IMG/VR virus record: IMGVR_UViG_3300023180_000017
Source of the DNA: a virus
Length of the DNA stretch: 64,000 nucleotides
Reading direction: 5' to 3' (one strand)
Numbering within the stretch: position 1 is the first letter of the stretch; every line of letters starts with the position of its first letter. Shown piece after piece: positions 9,715 through 18,752 of this stretch. Under the pieces are notes generated by a model that was given only the letters and a program-made list of their open reading frames with translations, was not told the origin of the DNA and ran no database searches. The translations under genes and the position numbers were made by a program.

Positions 9715-10409
9715 ACCTTGAAAATGAGGTCAAGGACTTTTATAGTAAAATAAAGTTTCCTGGACCATATACAATAGATAACTTTGATTACTATAACAAT
9801 GGATACACCAATAAATTTTTATCCATGTACGAACGTGCTATACAGGATAAAGAAAATATTTTAGATATAGGTTGTGGTACAGGGTTTATAACAAACTACT
9901 TGGCATATAAATATCCTAGTAAAAAGTTTCTTGGCGTAGACTTCAGTGATTCAATTGATTATGCAAAAGAGTTTAGTAAAAAACACAAATTAAAAAATGT
10001 AGTTTATGAAAAGAAAAACTTTTTTGATTTTGATAAACGTAAAAAATATGATTGTATTATAAGTAATGGAGTAATACATCATATGCCAATGTATTACGAT
10101 GCTATTATAAAAATAAAAAGCATGTTATCACAGGAAGGAACTTTGGTGTTAGGTGTTTATAATAAATTTGGAAAGATTGTCAAAAAAATTATTAACGTAA
10201 AATACAGATCAGAACTTTTAAGAAAAGATCAAGAAGAGGCACCGTTTGAAACAAGTTTTTCCAATAAAGAATTTATAGGTTATTTCTCTGACTTTGATGT
10301 TATAGAAATACATCCTAGTAAGAAGAACAATTTTGTAAATTTAAAAAATATATTAAATTACCGGAATGGTGGTTTAACAGTATACAGGTTTAAAAGGAGC
10401 AGTACATGA
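9711..10409 (+). CDS. Class I SAM-dependent methyltransferase
   Basis: ILDIGCGTG, GVDFS, YDCIISNGVIHH. Confidence 0.85.
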   Translation: MNLENEVKDFYSKIKFPGPYTIDNFDYYNNGYTNKFLSMYERAIQDKENILDIGCGTGFITNYLAYKYPSKKFLGVDFSDSIDYAKEFSKKHKLKNVVYEKKNFFDFDKRKKYDCIISNGVIHHMPMYYDAIIKIKSMLSQEGTLVLGVYNKFGKIVKKIINVKYRSELLRKDQEEAPFETSFSNKEFIGYFSDFDVIEIHPSKKNNFVNLKNILNYRNGGLTVYRFKRSST

Positions 10410-10852
10410 ACCGAGAAGCAGTATTTGAACAGTTAAAGATAGACGAGGGAGTAGTATATGAAGTATACAAAGACCACCTCGGATATCCTACTTTCGGAGT
10501 CGGACACCTCATCATTGAGGGTGACCCGGAATTCGGAAAAGAGGTTGGAACTCCAGTGGACGAGGAAAGAGTCCGGGAAGTATTTGATAGAGATTTGGAC
10601 CTTGCCATCGGAGAGTGTAACGCTTTATACGGCGAAGGGTGTTTTGGAGATTTTCCAGACGAAGTCCAACAAATTCTAGTTAATATGATGTTCAACATGG
10701 GTAGAACAAGATTAAGCAAGTTTAAAAAAATGAATGAAGCGTTAGTCAAAGGGGATTGGAAGACCGCCGCAGTAGAAGGTAGAGACAGTCGCTGGCATAA
10801 GCAGGTAAGTAATAGAGCAGAACGCTTAATGGTTAGATTGGAAAACGTTTAA
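10406..10852 (+). CDS. T4-type lysozyme (GH24 endolysin)
   Basis: DEG-x-YKDHLGYPTFGVGH, NMMFNMG, SRWHKQVSNRA. Confidence 0.9.
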   Translation: MNREAVFEQLKIDEGVVYEVYKDHLGYPTFGVGHLIIEGDPEFGKEVGTPVDEERVREVFDRDLDLAIGECNALYGEGCFGDFPDEVQQILVNMMFNMGRTRLSKFKKMNEALVKGDWKTAAVEGRDSRWHKQVSNRAERLMVRLENV

Positions 10853-10870
10853 TTTTGGTCTCCTTGTGTA

Positions 10871-10899
10871 TTGACAAATGGTATTAAAACATTTATTAT
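10871..10899 (+). promoter_or_regulatory. sigma70-type promoter (YGGTM class)
   Basis: TTGACA-17-TATTAT; TGGTC at 10856. Confidence 0.65.
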
Positions 10900-10923
10900 A
10901 TACAAACTAATTAGGAGATTTTT

Positions 10924-11283
10924 ATGAAAAAATTAGTTATTGCAGGTCTAGCAGCATCTTTAATAACATTGCCGGCAGAAGCGGCAGACACTAAAGATGT
11001 CATTGCCGGTGTTATCGGCGGAGTTTTTATTGGAAAAGCTTTGGAACGTCGAGAAGACCATCATCACCATGGTAACTCTAGCACGGTAGTTATTGTAGAT
11101 GGACATACTGTAGTGGTACCTAATCCGCATCATACACATTACACTTACCGAAGACGTGCCCATAGCCATTATGAGGCATACTCCAATGCGTTCCCTTGTA
11201 GCTCACAGTGGGCAGGATATCAAGGGTGCGGAAAGGTAGCAATTGAAGCCCTAAAGCATAAAGACTGCGATCATCAGCACTAA
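10924..11283 (+). CDS. Secreted/periplasmic His-rich protein with glycine zipper
   Basis: Signal peptide MKKLVIAGLAASLITLPAEA, VIAGVIGGVFIG, His-rich tract; RBS AGGAG. Confidence 0.65.
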   Translation: MKKLVIAGLAASLITLPAEAADTKDVIAGVIGGVFIGKALERREDHHHHGNSSTVVIVDGHTVVVPNPHHTHYTYRRRAHSHYEAYSNAFPCSSQWAGYQGCGKVAIEALKHKDCDHQH

Positions 11284-11351
11284 GTGCTTGATTTTATTAG
11301 GCAAAAAAAGTCAAAAAAATGCTTGACTTTTAGCGTAAAAGGTGCTATCAT
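11281..11351 (+). promoter_or_regulatory. Strong early promoter: IHF-consensus box, A-tracts, extended -10
   Basis: TAAGTGCTTGATT(11281); TTGACT(11323)-17-TGcTATCAT(11346). Confidence 0.8.
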
Positions 11352-11354
11352 ATA
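11304..11354 (+). repeat. 51-bp exact direct repeat, copy 1 (promoter core)
   Basis: AAAAAAGTCAAAAAAATGCTTGACTTTTAGCGTAAAAGGTGCTATCATATA, also at 13629-13679. Confidence 0.9.
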
Positions 11355-11387
11355 GACATAATATAGAAATGTGAGGACATTCTTAAT

Positions 11388-13598
11388 ATGTTAATAGAAA
11401 CAAAATCAATATTAGCAAAGCTGTTAGCGACCGAGGACCTTAAGATTGAACATCGTAATGTCCCTACCGCAGCTTTTGATCTCAAAACTCGTAAAATCGT
11501 ATTACCTAATTGGGGCGACATCAACGCTTCCTTGTACGATCTGCTTGTAGGACACGAAGTATCCCACGCACTCAACACTCCTCAACAAGGTTGGCATGAC
11601 GCTATTGTAGACGATCAGCGCCTTAAGCCTTTTCTTAATGTTGTTGAAGATGCTAGGATTGAACGTAAGATTAAGGCAATGTATCCAGGCCTTGTTAAGT
11701 CTTTTTACGAAGGATATCGAGAACTTTTCAATCGAGACTTTTTTGGTGTCAAAGATTTAGACCCCAATACACTTCCCCTCATTGATCGGATTAACCTACA
11801 CTTTAAAGTTGGCTCTTTTTTAAACATTCAATTTACAGATGCAGAACAATTGCTTGTAGATCGTTGTTTGAAAACCGAAACTTGGGAAGACGTAGAAGCT
11901 CTTGCTCAAGATATATACGGACAGGCTACAGAAGATCTAGAAAAAGACAAAGAAAGCTTGTCTTCAAACTTTAGCGACGAAGAACTTGAAGAAATAGACG
12001 AAGAAGATTTCGGTGAAATGACTTCAAACTTTGGCGAACAAGACGAAGAGTCCGAAGAAGAAGAGACCGAGGAAGAAGGTTCAACTTCAGGTGACGCTGA
12101 ATCCTCGTCTGAAGAAGAGGAAGAGCCACAGGACAATATGGCATCTAATAATGTTCGAGATGCAATCAGATCCGACGAGCCAACTTCACTTACAGATGAG
12201 GCATTTCGTCAGAACGAAGACAAGTTGGTTAAGAAAGAAAGCGAAAAGCATAGTTACTTTGATGTTCCTACAATGTCAAACTGGAAAGATCATCTAATTA
12301 CAGGTAAAGAAATTTACGGTGATATACACAAGGCATTCAATTTCTATGCAGATGGATGGCGCCAGGGCACCAAGATGAATAACGATGACTATGGCAACGA
12401 CTTGTACAAAGAGTTCCTTAGAACTAATACCAGCCATGTTAATCATATGGTTCAACAGTTTGAAATGAAGCGCAAAGCAAAGGTACTGTCTAAAATTCGT
12501 ATGAGCAAGACAGGAGACCTTAACGAAAACAAGCTGTGGGCATACAAAATATCTGAGGATTTGTTTAAGCAATCCACTATGGTTCCTGAAGGTAAGAATC
12601 ACGGCATGCTTATGTATGTAGATATGTCGGGTAGTATGCACAATCACTTTGCAGGCACCGTTGATCAGCTACTCATTCAAATTATGTTCTGTCGTAAAGT
12701 AAACATTCCATATGAAGTATATGGATTTACTACAGCAGATCTTTGGGGTGCTGAAGGCGAAAACGTATATGCCAACTCCCCCGAAATTGGTGAGGCATGT
12801 CTACAGACTTCAGACTGTAAACTAAGAGAGTTATTTAATTCTACTTGGTCTGCTTCTCAAACAAAAATGGCTATGAAACACATGCTGTTGCTTAAGCAAT
12901 GTTTTCTCAATCGCAAAGCATACCGAGATCAGAAAATTTGGTCAGAAGTTGCTACCAAACATCTAGATTTTTCAGGCACTCCTCTTAATTCTACAATTAT
13001 CTTAGGAATGCAAATTGCCAAAGAGTTTAGGCAGAAGCATAAGGTACAGGTATTGAATAGCATATTCATTACAGACGGCAGTGCTACAGACAGCTTGAAA
13101 TATAGAATCGAAGATGGTTCATATCCAGATTATATGAACACAGGTAACGTCACAGCACGCTACAAAGGCATTCACATTACTTCCAAGTATAACTATTATG
13201 CTAGAACTTGGGCTCAACAGACAGCTTGCTTGTTAGAAATTTACAAGCAATACACAGGTTCTAGAGTTGTGAACTTCTACCTAACTCATTGGAATAAGAA
13301 TTGCGTTGAAAACGAGTTTAATATTTACTATCGCATGAACAACCCTAAAGCTACCTGGACAGATTTTGAGGATCTCTGGAAAGATAGTCGTAGCAAAGGA
13401 ATGCTTGTTGTAAACGATGTTATAGGCTTTGATGCCAGGATACTCCTCAAGGGTGGATCAGCGCTCAATATTGAGGAAACAGAACTAGAAGTGAAATCCA
13501 ACAGTAAGGGCGATCTTCTCCGAGGCTTCCGCAATTTCAACAAGAATAAAGTACAGAACAAGGTGTTTTTGAATACCTTTATGGATATGGTAGCCTAA
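11388..13598 (+). CDS. CobT-like protein: N-terminal HEXXH metallopeptidase-like domain, acidic linker, VWA domain
   Basis: GHEVSH, EDARIE, DMSGSM MIDAS, GTPL, ITDG. Confidence 0.8.
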   Translation: MLIETKSILAKLLATEDLKIEHRNVPTAAFDLKTRKIVLPNWGDINASLYDLLVGHEVSHALNTPQQGWHDAIVDDQRLKPFLNVVEDARIERKIKAMYPGLVKSFYEGYRELFNRDFFGVKDLDPNTLPLIDRINLHFKVGSFLNIQFTDAEQLLVDRCLKTETWEDVEALAQDIYGQATEDLEKDKESLSSNFSDEELEEIDEEDFGEMTSNFGEQDEESEEEETEEEGSTSGDAESSSEEEEEPQDNMASNNVRDAIRSDEPTSLTDEAFRQNEDKLVKKESEKHSYFDVPTMSNWKDHLITGKEIYGDIHKAFNFYADGWRQGTKMNNDDYGNDLYKEFLRTNTSHVNHMVQQFEMKRKAKVLSKIRMSKTGDLNENKLWAYKISEDLFKQSTMVPEGKNHGMLMYVDMSGSMHNHFAGTVDQLLIQIMFCRKVNIPYEVYGFTTADLWGAEGENVYANSPEIGEACLQTSDCKLRELFNSTWSASQTKMAMKHMLLLKQCFLNRKAYRDQKIWSEVATKHLDFSGTPLNSTIILGMQIAKEFRQKHKVQVLNSIFITDGSATDSLKYRIEDGSYPDYMNTGNVTARYKGIHITSKYNYYARTWAQQTACLLEIYKQYTGSRVVNFYLTHWNKNCVENEFNIYYRMNNPKATWTDFEDLWKDSRSKGMLVVNDVIGFDARILLKGGSALNIEETELEVKSNSKGDLLRGFRNFNKNKVQNKVFLNTFMDMVA

Positions 13599-13676
13599 CA
13601 TGTTGATATACTTGGGCAAAAAAGATGCAAAAAAGTCAAAAAAATGCTTGACTTTTAGCGTAAAAGGTGCTATCAT
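13596..13676 (+). promoter_or_regulatory. Strong early promoter: IHF-consensus box, A-tracts, extended -10
   Basis: TAACATGTTGATA(13596); TTGACT(13648)-17-TATCAT(13671). Confidence 0.8.
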
Positions 13677-13679
13677 ATA
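13629..13679 (+). repeat. 51-bp exact direct repeat, copy 2
   Basis: Identical to 11304-11354. Confidence 0.9.
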
Positions 13680-13722
13680 CACATAAACTGAAGAAATTGA
13701 TATATTTGTGAGGACTTATATT

Positions 13723-14892
13723 ATGCAAAATGATCGTAAAATACTTATTAATGCTCTTAAAGAAAAAGACAATGCCGACGGCATCTTTAAGCGTATTGAC
13801 ATCCTTAGGACAGCCGAAGAACTTGGACTAGCTTTTCCAGGTTGGATTGTCAACAAGGACGACTATAAAATTAGCCGAGGTGTTTATAACCTAGCAGGCA
13901 TGTTCCAAGGTAACATGTCTCCAATTGTTAGCGCACCTAAGCCTGTAGCCAAGCCAATCCTTGAGGTTGTTACTCCTGAGGCTAAGGTTGTTACACAGGC
14001 AAAACTAACCGTAGACATTCAGAACTTGGTACCGCAGAAGGACACGACATTTGTCCCATTTGGTTTCTACCGAGACCTTAAGCGTGTATTAGAGTCAGCA
14101 ATGTTTTATCCAATTTTTATCTCAGGTCTCTCCGGTAACGGTAAGACTACGATGGTAGAACAAGTATGTGCGAATCTAAAACGTGAGGCGATTCGTGTAA
14201 ACATTAGTATTGAAACCGACGAAGATGATTTGATCGGTGGCAATACCCTAGTTGATGGTAACGTCGTCTATCGAGAAGGACCGGTCCTCACCGCCATGAA
14301 ACGTGGCGCGGTTCTTATCCTTGATGAAGTAGACCGCGGATCCAACAAGTTGATGTGTCTCCAGGCCATCCTTGAAGGTAAAGCGTATTTCAACAAGAAG
14401 ACTGGCGAGACCGTCGCTCCTGCTCCAGGGTTTACAGTAGTAGCAACCGCTAATACAAAAGGCCGTGGTTCAGATGACGGCAAATTTATCAGCGCCCAAC
14501 TATTAGACGAGGCGTTCCTGGAGAGGTTTGCTATCACCGTGGAGCAGGAGTATCCTACAGCAGCCGTTGAGAAAAAGATTGTTCTCAACAAGATGGCTAA
14601 GGCAGAGTGTATAGATGAAGAATTTGCTACACACCTTGTAACATGGTCCGAGGTAATTCGTAAGACTTACTTCGAGGGTGCCATAGACGAGCTAGTTAGT
14701 ACCCGTCGACTTGAGCACATTGTAAACGCATACGCCATGTTTAAAGACAAGCTAAAGGCTGTTCAACTTTGTGTAAATAGGTTTGATGAGGATACAAAGG
14801 CAGCGTTTGTAGATTTGTATACAAAGGTTGATCCAACTAATCCTCAGCCTATAGAAGCACAGGAGCAAGACGAGTTCGATGAAACTTTCTAA
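13723..14892 (+). CDS. CobS/MoxR-like AAA+ ATPase
   Basis: GLSGNGKT, ILDEVD, ATANTKG, AFLERF; ATG 13723 follows RBS GAGG. Confidence 0.88.
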   Translation: MQNDRKILINALKEKDNADGIFKRIDILRTAEELGLAFPGWIVNKDDYKISRGVYNLAGMFQGNMSPIVSAPKPVAKPILEVVTPEAKVVTQAKLTVDIQNLVPQKDTTFVPFGFYRDLKRVLESAMFYPIFISGLSGNGKTTMVEQVCANLKREAIRVNISIETDEDDLIGGNTLVDGNVVYREGPVLTAMKRGAVLILDEVDRGSNKLMCLQAILEGKAYFNKKTGETVAPAPGFTVVATANTKGRGSDDGKFISAQLLDEAFLERFAITVEQEYPTAAVEKKIVLNKMAKAECIDEEFATHLVTWSEVIRKTYFEGAIDELVSTRRLEHIVNAYAMFKDKLKAVQLCVNRFDEDTKAAFVDLYTKVDPTNPQPIEAQEQDEFDETF

Positions 14893-15415
14893 CTTTATTC
14901 GTAGGTTCGGAAAAGCACTCCCGGCAGATGTTTGTCGGGAGCTCGTATCTATATCCAAAAAAGGTCTAAAAACGGCAGTAGATGCCGGAGGAATAAAAAT
15001 ACATACTGACGTAGGGGCATTAAAACCTATGGCAGGTATGTATAATAATTTTAATTCTGTACTAGGTTCATACAAAGGACTAATGGAAGAGGCACCGCTT
15101 CATGATGATTTAGAACATGAAAGTTTAGAATGGGAAGCACCTTACCTTTGTAAAATACCTAAAGGTGTAGAAGTACAATCCTTCTTTGATAACTATGGTA
15201 CACATAAAAGACGTTGGATGCTATTGTGTACACTAAATAGTACCGACGGATTTATTAAGCTCCCAATAGCAGGTGCAGACTTACCGCACGTTCGAGGTGA
15301 TATATCTATTTTCCCATGCACATTTTTACATAAGCTGTGCATTCCAGAGGATACAAAAGATAGATATATCTTATTTACTTATTTGAGATTAACAGATGCC
15401 AAAGCCCAATTATAA
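14879..15415 (+). CDS. Hypothetical protein, degenerate 2OG-Fe(II) oxygenase-like fold
   Basis: C-terminal GDISIFPCTFLH...RYILFTY resembles the DSBH end; no HxD. Confidence 0.4.
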   Translation: MKLSNFIRRFGKALPADVCRELVSISKKGLKTAVDAGGIKIHTDVGALKPMAGMYNNFNSVLGSYKGLMEEAPLHDDLEHESLEWEAPYLCKIPKGVEVQSFFDNYGTHKRRWMLLCTLNSTDGFIKLPIAGADLPHVRGDISIFPCTFLHKLCIPEDTKDRYILFTYLRLTDAKAQL

Positions 15416-15671
15416 ATTTAACGAAGATCAACTCATTCAAGAGTTAAAAGAGTATGTGGATGTTACATACAATCAACATTATAGCAAATCTCAATTCCAA
15501 TCCTCTGAGTTCATTATGGACTGCGGACACGGTATGGGATTCTTTTTAGGAAATGTTCTAAAGTATGCACAACGATATGGCAAAAAGGATGGATTTAATA
15601 GAAAGGATTTATTTAAAATCCTACATTATGCCCTTTTAGCATTAAATGAACATGATAGGAATTATAAATAA
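15396..15671 (+). CDS. DUF3310-like protein (T7 gp1.7-related family)
   Basis: QHYS, GFFLGNVLKYAQRYGKK, DLFKILHY. Confidence 0.65.
   Translation: MPKPNYKFNEDQLIQELKEYVDVTYNQHYSKSQFQSSEFIMDCGHGMGFFLGNVLKYAQRYGKKDGFNRKDLFKILHYALLALNEHDRNYK
15663..15670 (+). promoter_or_regulatory. T4-type late promoter
   Basis: TATAAATA upstream of ORF 15706. Confidence 0.7.
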
Positions 15672-15705
15672 GTAGGCACTTAACCCTAAACTAGGAGAAT
15701 AAAAA

Positions 15706-16059
15706 ATGGCACACGTCGTTGTATACACATATACCCGTCCCAATACAGACATAGACTTTACGTCTCCTTCTGTAGAACAAATGGATTGGGATAATGCGAG
15801 AATGGCATCCATTGTGGATAACAATATTGAGTTATCTTATCAGTTTGGTGAGACAGGATTACAGCTTATTGCCACTCATACAGCGCCAGACTTGGAATCT
15901 TGGCAAAATCATTTAAGAGTTTTATTGCAAAATGATGGACAGGCTGTAATGACTGATATGCGAGAAAGAGCTGAAGCAGACGGTATTACTATTGAAGTTA
16001 CTGTTAATGGTCAGCCTGTTACACATTCAGATATGCTAGCAGCAGTATCTAATCTATAA
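15706..16059 (+). CDS. Hypothetical late protein
   Basis: RBS AGGAG, late promoter. Confidence 0.7.
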   Translation: MAHVVVYTYTRPNTDIDFTSPSVEQMDWDNARMASIVDNNIELSYQFGETGLQLIATHTAPDLESWQNHLRVLLQNDGQAVMTDMRERAEADGITIEVTVNGQPVTHSDMLAAVSNL

Positions 16060-16076
16060 AACGGTACACCAAACAC

Positions 16077-16105
16077 TTGACTTAATTTGAATTTGTTCGT
16101 ATAAT
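16077..16105 (+). promoter_or_regulatory. sigma70-type promoter (YGGTM class) for gp45 operon
   Basis: TTGACT-17-TATAAT; CGGTAC at 16062. Confidence 0.8.
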
Positions 16106-16136
16106 ATACGGACTTAATAATGGAGTAAACTATATT

Positions 16137-16799
16137 ATGAAAATCAGTAAAACTACCCTCGAAGTTCTTAAGAATTTCGCAACGGTAAATTCCAACATTC
16201 TCGTTCGACAAGGAAATGTTCTTTCTACAATTAGTACAGGAAAGAACATTTTCGCACGAGCAGTCGTAGATGAAACTTTTGATAAAGAGTTCGCTATCTA
16301 TGATCTTAATAGCTTACTTGCTTTACTTACACTTATGGAGGACACCGACGTAGAGTTTGGTGATGAATCTCTTAAAGTGATTAAAGGTAGTAGTGAGTTT
16401 GAATACTTTTATGCAGACCCTAACATTATTGTTTCTGCTCCCGACAAGACTATTGATGTAGATGATTTCTACTCATTCGACTTGTCCTCAGAAAACTTGG
16501 GTATGATTATGAAAGCAGCCGCGATTACAGGTGCACCTATGCTAAGTATCGTGGCAAGTGGTGGTAAGGTAACACTTACTGTAGGTGATCCTAGCACGCC
16601 TAAGAGTAACAGCTTTAAGCAAGTTATTGGTGATGCTACTGTAGAGTTTGATGCAAGACTGCAGATTGAAAATTTAAAAGTAGTTCCTGGATCATACAAG
16701 GTTACAATCTCTAAGAAGAAGTTTATGTTCTTACAGAACAGCAAATCTGATCTTAAGTATTGGTTGGCACTTGAACGCTCTTCAGAAATTGGAGAATAA
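16137..16799 (+). CDS. 45: Sliding clamp gp45
   Basis: MKISKTTLEVLKNFATVNSNIL, FAIYDL, YWLALE. Confidence 0.92.
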   Translation: MKISKTTLEVLKNFATVNSNILVRQGNVLSTISTGKNIFARAVVDETFDKEFAIYDLNSLLALLTLMEDTDVEFGDESLKVIKGSSEFEYFYADPNIIVSAPDKTIDVDDFYSFDLSSENLGMIMKAAAITGAPMLSIVASGGKVTLTVGDPSTPKSNSFKQVIGDATVEFDARLQIENLKVVPGSYKVTISKKKFMFLQNSKSDLKYWLALERSSEIGE

Positions 16800-16800
16800 T

Positions 16801-16974
16801 ATGGAAGAAGGAAAATTAAATTTTAACCTAAGGGAAGTATCCAATGGTTGGGTACTTGAAGTTTCTAATTCAGATGATGGTGCAGAATTTATCTTCACTA
16901 GACCTAATCAAGCTTTGACTATGATTAAAAAAATTCTTAATGAAACTTTTGATCCTTTCAGTGATGGAGAATAA
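16801..16974 (+). CDS. Small hypothetical protein
   Basis: RBS GGAG before ATG 16801. Confidence 0.55.
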   Translation: MEEGKLNFNLREVSNGWVLEVSNSDDGAEFIFTRPNQALTMIKKILNETFDPFSDGE

Positions 16975-16977
16975 AAG

Positions 16978-17532
16978 ATGCTTAATTTAGTATCTGATCT
17001 TAGTTGGCCTGTTCGTGTAGATAGCGAATGGGCTGAACTAACATCTAAAGAAGTATTTGAAGGTAAGCGTGTAGTATTGTTTGCACTGCCAGGTGCATTT
17101 ACTCCTACATGTTCTAACTATCAATTACCTGGCTATGACGAACTCTATGATGAGTTTAAAGCGCATGGCATTGACGAAGTATATTGCCTAAGTGTCAACG
17201 ACACTTTTGTAATGAATGCGTGGGCAAAGGACTTGGGAATTAAAAATGTTAAACTTATCCCAGATGGTTCTGCTAAGTTTACACATTCTATGAATATGCT
17301 TGTCGCCAAAGACAATTTAGGCTTTGGTATTAGGTCTTGGAGATATGCAATGGTTGTTAATAACGGCGAAGTAGAAAAGCTGTTTGAAGAGCCAGGTAAA
17401 TCTGCAAACCACCCTGAGGATCCATATGAAGTATCTGATCCTCAAACTGTGCTAACTTATTTGAAAGGTGGACGGCACATTGAACTTACACTAAATGATA
17501 CCGCTGACATTAAAGAGCGAATTGGTAAGTAA
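16978..17532 (+). CDS. Peroxiredoxin (Prx5-type)
   Basis: PGAFTPTCS, SVNDTFVMNAW, RSWRYAM. Confidence 0.92.
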   Translation: MLNLVSDLSWPVRVDSEWAELTSKEVFEGKRVVLFALPGAFTPTCSNYQLPGYDELYDEFKAHGIDEVYCLSVNDTFVMNAWAKDLGIKNVKLIPDGSAKFTHSMNMLVAKDNLGFGIRSWRYAMVVNNGEVEKLFEEPGKSANHPEDPYEVSDPQTVLTYLKGGRHIELTLNDTADIKERIGK

Positions 17533-17560
17533 GTTTTTTTATTATATTATGGAGTAAGTG

Positions 17561-18505
17561 ATGGAAAGTAGAGCAGAGCAGTTTCTATGGGTAGAAAAGT
17601 ATCGCCCACAGAATATTGATGACTGTATTCTACCTGAGGACACTAAAAAAACATTTAAGGAGTTTCTCAATAAAGGAGAAGTTCCTAATTTGCTTTTGTG
17701 TGGCACCGCAGGTACAGGTAAGACTACAGTAGCAAGAGCCTTGTGTGAACAGTTAGGATGTGATTACATCATTATTAACGGTTCAGATGAAGGCAGGCAA
17801 ATTGATACCTTAAGAACTAAAATTAAGGACTTTGCTAGTTCAATTAGTTTTGAAGGAAAAACAAAAGTTGTAATCATAGATGAGGCAGACTATCTAAACA
17901 AGGATAGTGTTCAGCCTGCTCTACGTGCGTTTATAGAAACATTCTCTGAAAACTGTAGGTTTATTTTTACATGTAACTATAAAAATCGTATCATTAGTCC
18001 ACTACATTCCAGGACTACGGTTATTGAATTTAAAACAGGTAACGGTAATAAGCCTAAGTTAGCAAGTGCCTTTATGAAAAGAATGCAGGACATTCTTAAT
18101 TCTGAAGGCATTAAGTATCATGAAAAAGTATTGGCAGATTTATTGATTAAATACTTCCCAGACTATCGACGTGTTATTAATGAACTACAAAGGTATTCTG
18201 CGGCAGGTGTTATTGATGAAGGCATTCTCAGCAACTTTGCAGAAATCAACACAAAGGAGTTGATTGCTTCCTTGAAAGAAAAGGATTGGCGTAAGATGCG
18301 ACAATGGGTTGCCAACAATGTTGATACAGATCCACAAGGCATCTTTAGATACATCTATGATACTCTACTGCCTGAGATTAAATCTATACCTCAGCTTGTT
18401 TTACTTATTGCAGACTATCAGTATAAAGCAGCGTTTGTAGCAGATCAAGAAATTAATCTTACTGCCTGCTTAACTGAAATTATGGCAAACGTGGAGTTTA
18501 AATGA
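17561..18505 (+). CDS. 44: Clamp loader large subunit gp44
   Basis: WVEKYRP, GTAGTGKT, IIDEAD, LHSR. Confidence 0.95.
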   Translation: MESRAEQFLWVEKYRPQNIDDCILPEDTKKTFKEFLNKGEVPNLLLCGTAGTGKTTVARALCEQLGCDYIIINGSDEGRQIDTLRTKIKDFASSISFEGKTKVVIIDEADYLNKDSVQPALRAFIETFSENCRFIFTCNYKNRIISPLHSRTTVIEFKTGNGNKPKLASAFMKRMQDILNSEGIKYHEKVLADLLIKYFPDYRRVINELQRYSAAGVIDEGILSNFAEINTKELIASLKEKDWRKMRQWVANNVDTDPQGIFRYIYDTLLPEIKSIPQLVLLIADYQYKAAFVADQEINLTACLTEIMANVEFK

Positions 18506-18612
18506 AAAAAACGAAAATAAAAAAACAATTAAAAAAGAAACTAAAGGCTTTTCACAAGTTCATGAAACGTGGTAGACTTGCCAAAGTAGTAAACAAGACT
18601 TTATCAGAATGA
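18502..18612 (+). CDS. 36-aa Lys-rich microprotein (not in ORF track)
   Basis: MKKTKIKKQLKKKLKAFHKFMKRGRLAKVVNKTLSE; ATGA overlap with gp44 stop. Confidence 0.55.
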   Translation: MKKTKIKKQLKKKLKAFHKFMKRGRLAKVVNKTLSE

Positions 18613-18752
18613 ACAGAATGAAAAGAGCAGTATTAGTATTTGCATTTATTGTTTTATTATTATTAGTAGGGTTTGGTTCTTATTATGAGGCAGACTTTAT
18701 GATGAAGAATGCAGAACTTTTAGCATCTTCCTATCAGATCAGAGGTCGTTGA
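18609..18752 (+). CDS. 47-aa single-TM microprotein (not in ORF track)
   Basis: MNRMKRAVLVFAFIVLLLLVGFGSYY...; ATGA and TGATG overlaps on both sides. Confidence 0.55.
   Translation: MNRMKRAVLVFAFIVLLLLVGFGSYYEADFMMKNAELLASSYQIRGR

Noticed and set aside
9906-9913. TATAAATA inside the methyltransferase gene
   Set aside because: It is in a very AT-rich coding region about 500 nt from the next start and is probably chance, although it could serve the lysozyme
11930-12130. GAA-rich low-complexity stretch as a DNA repeat
   Set aside because: It is explained by the acidic linker of the CobT-like protein
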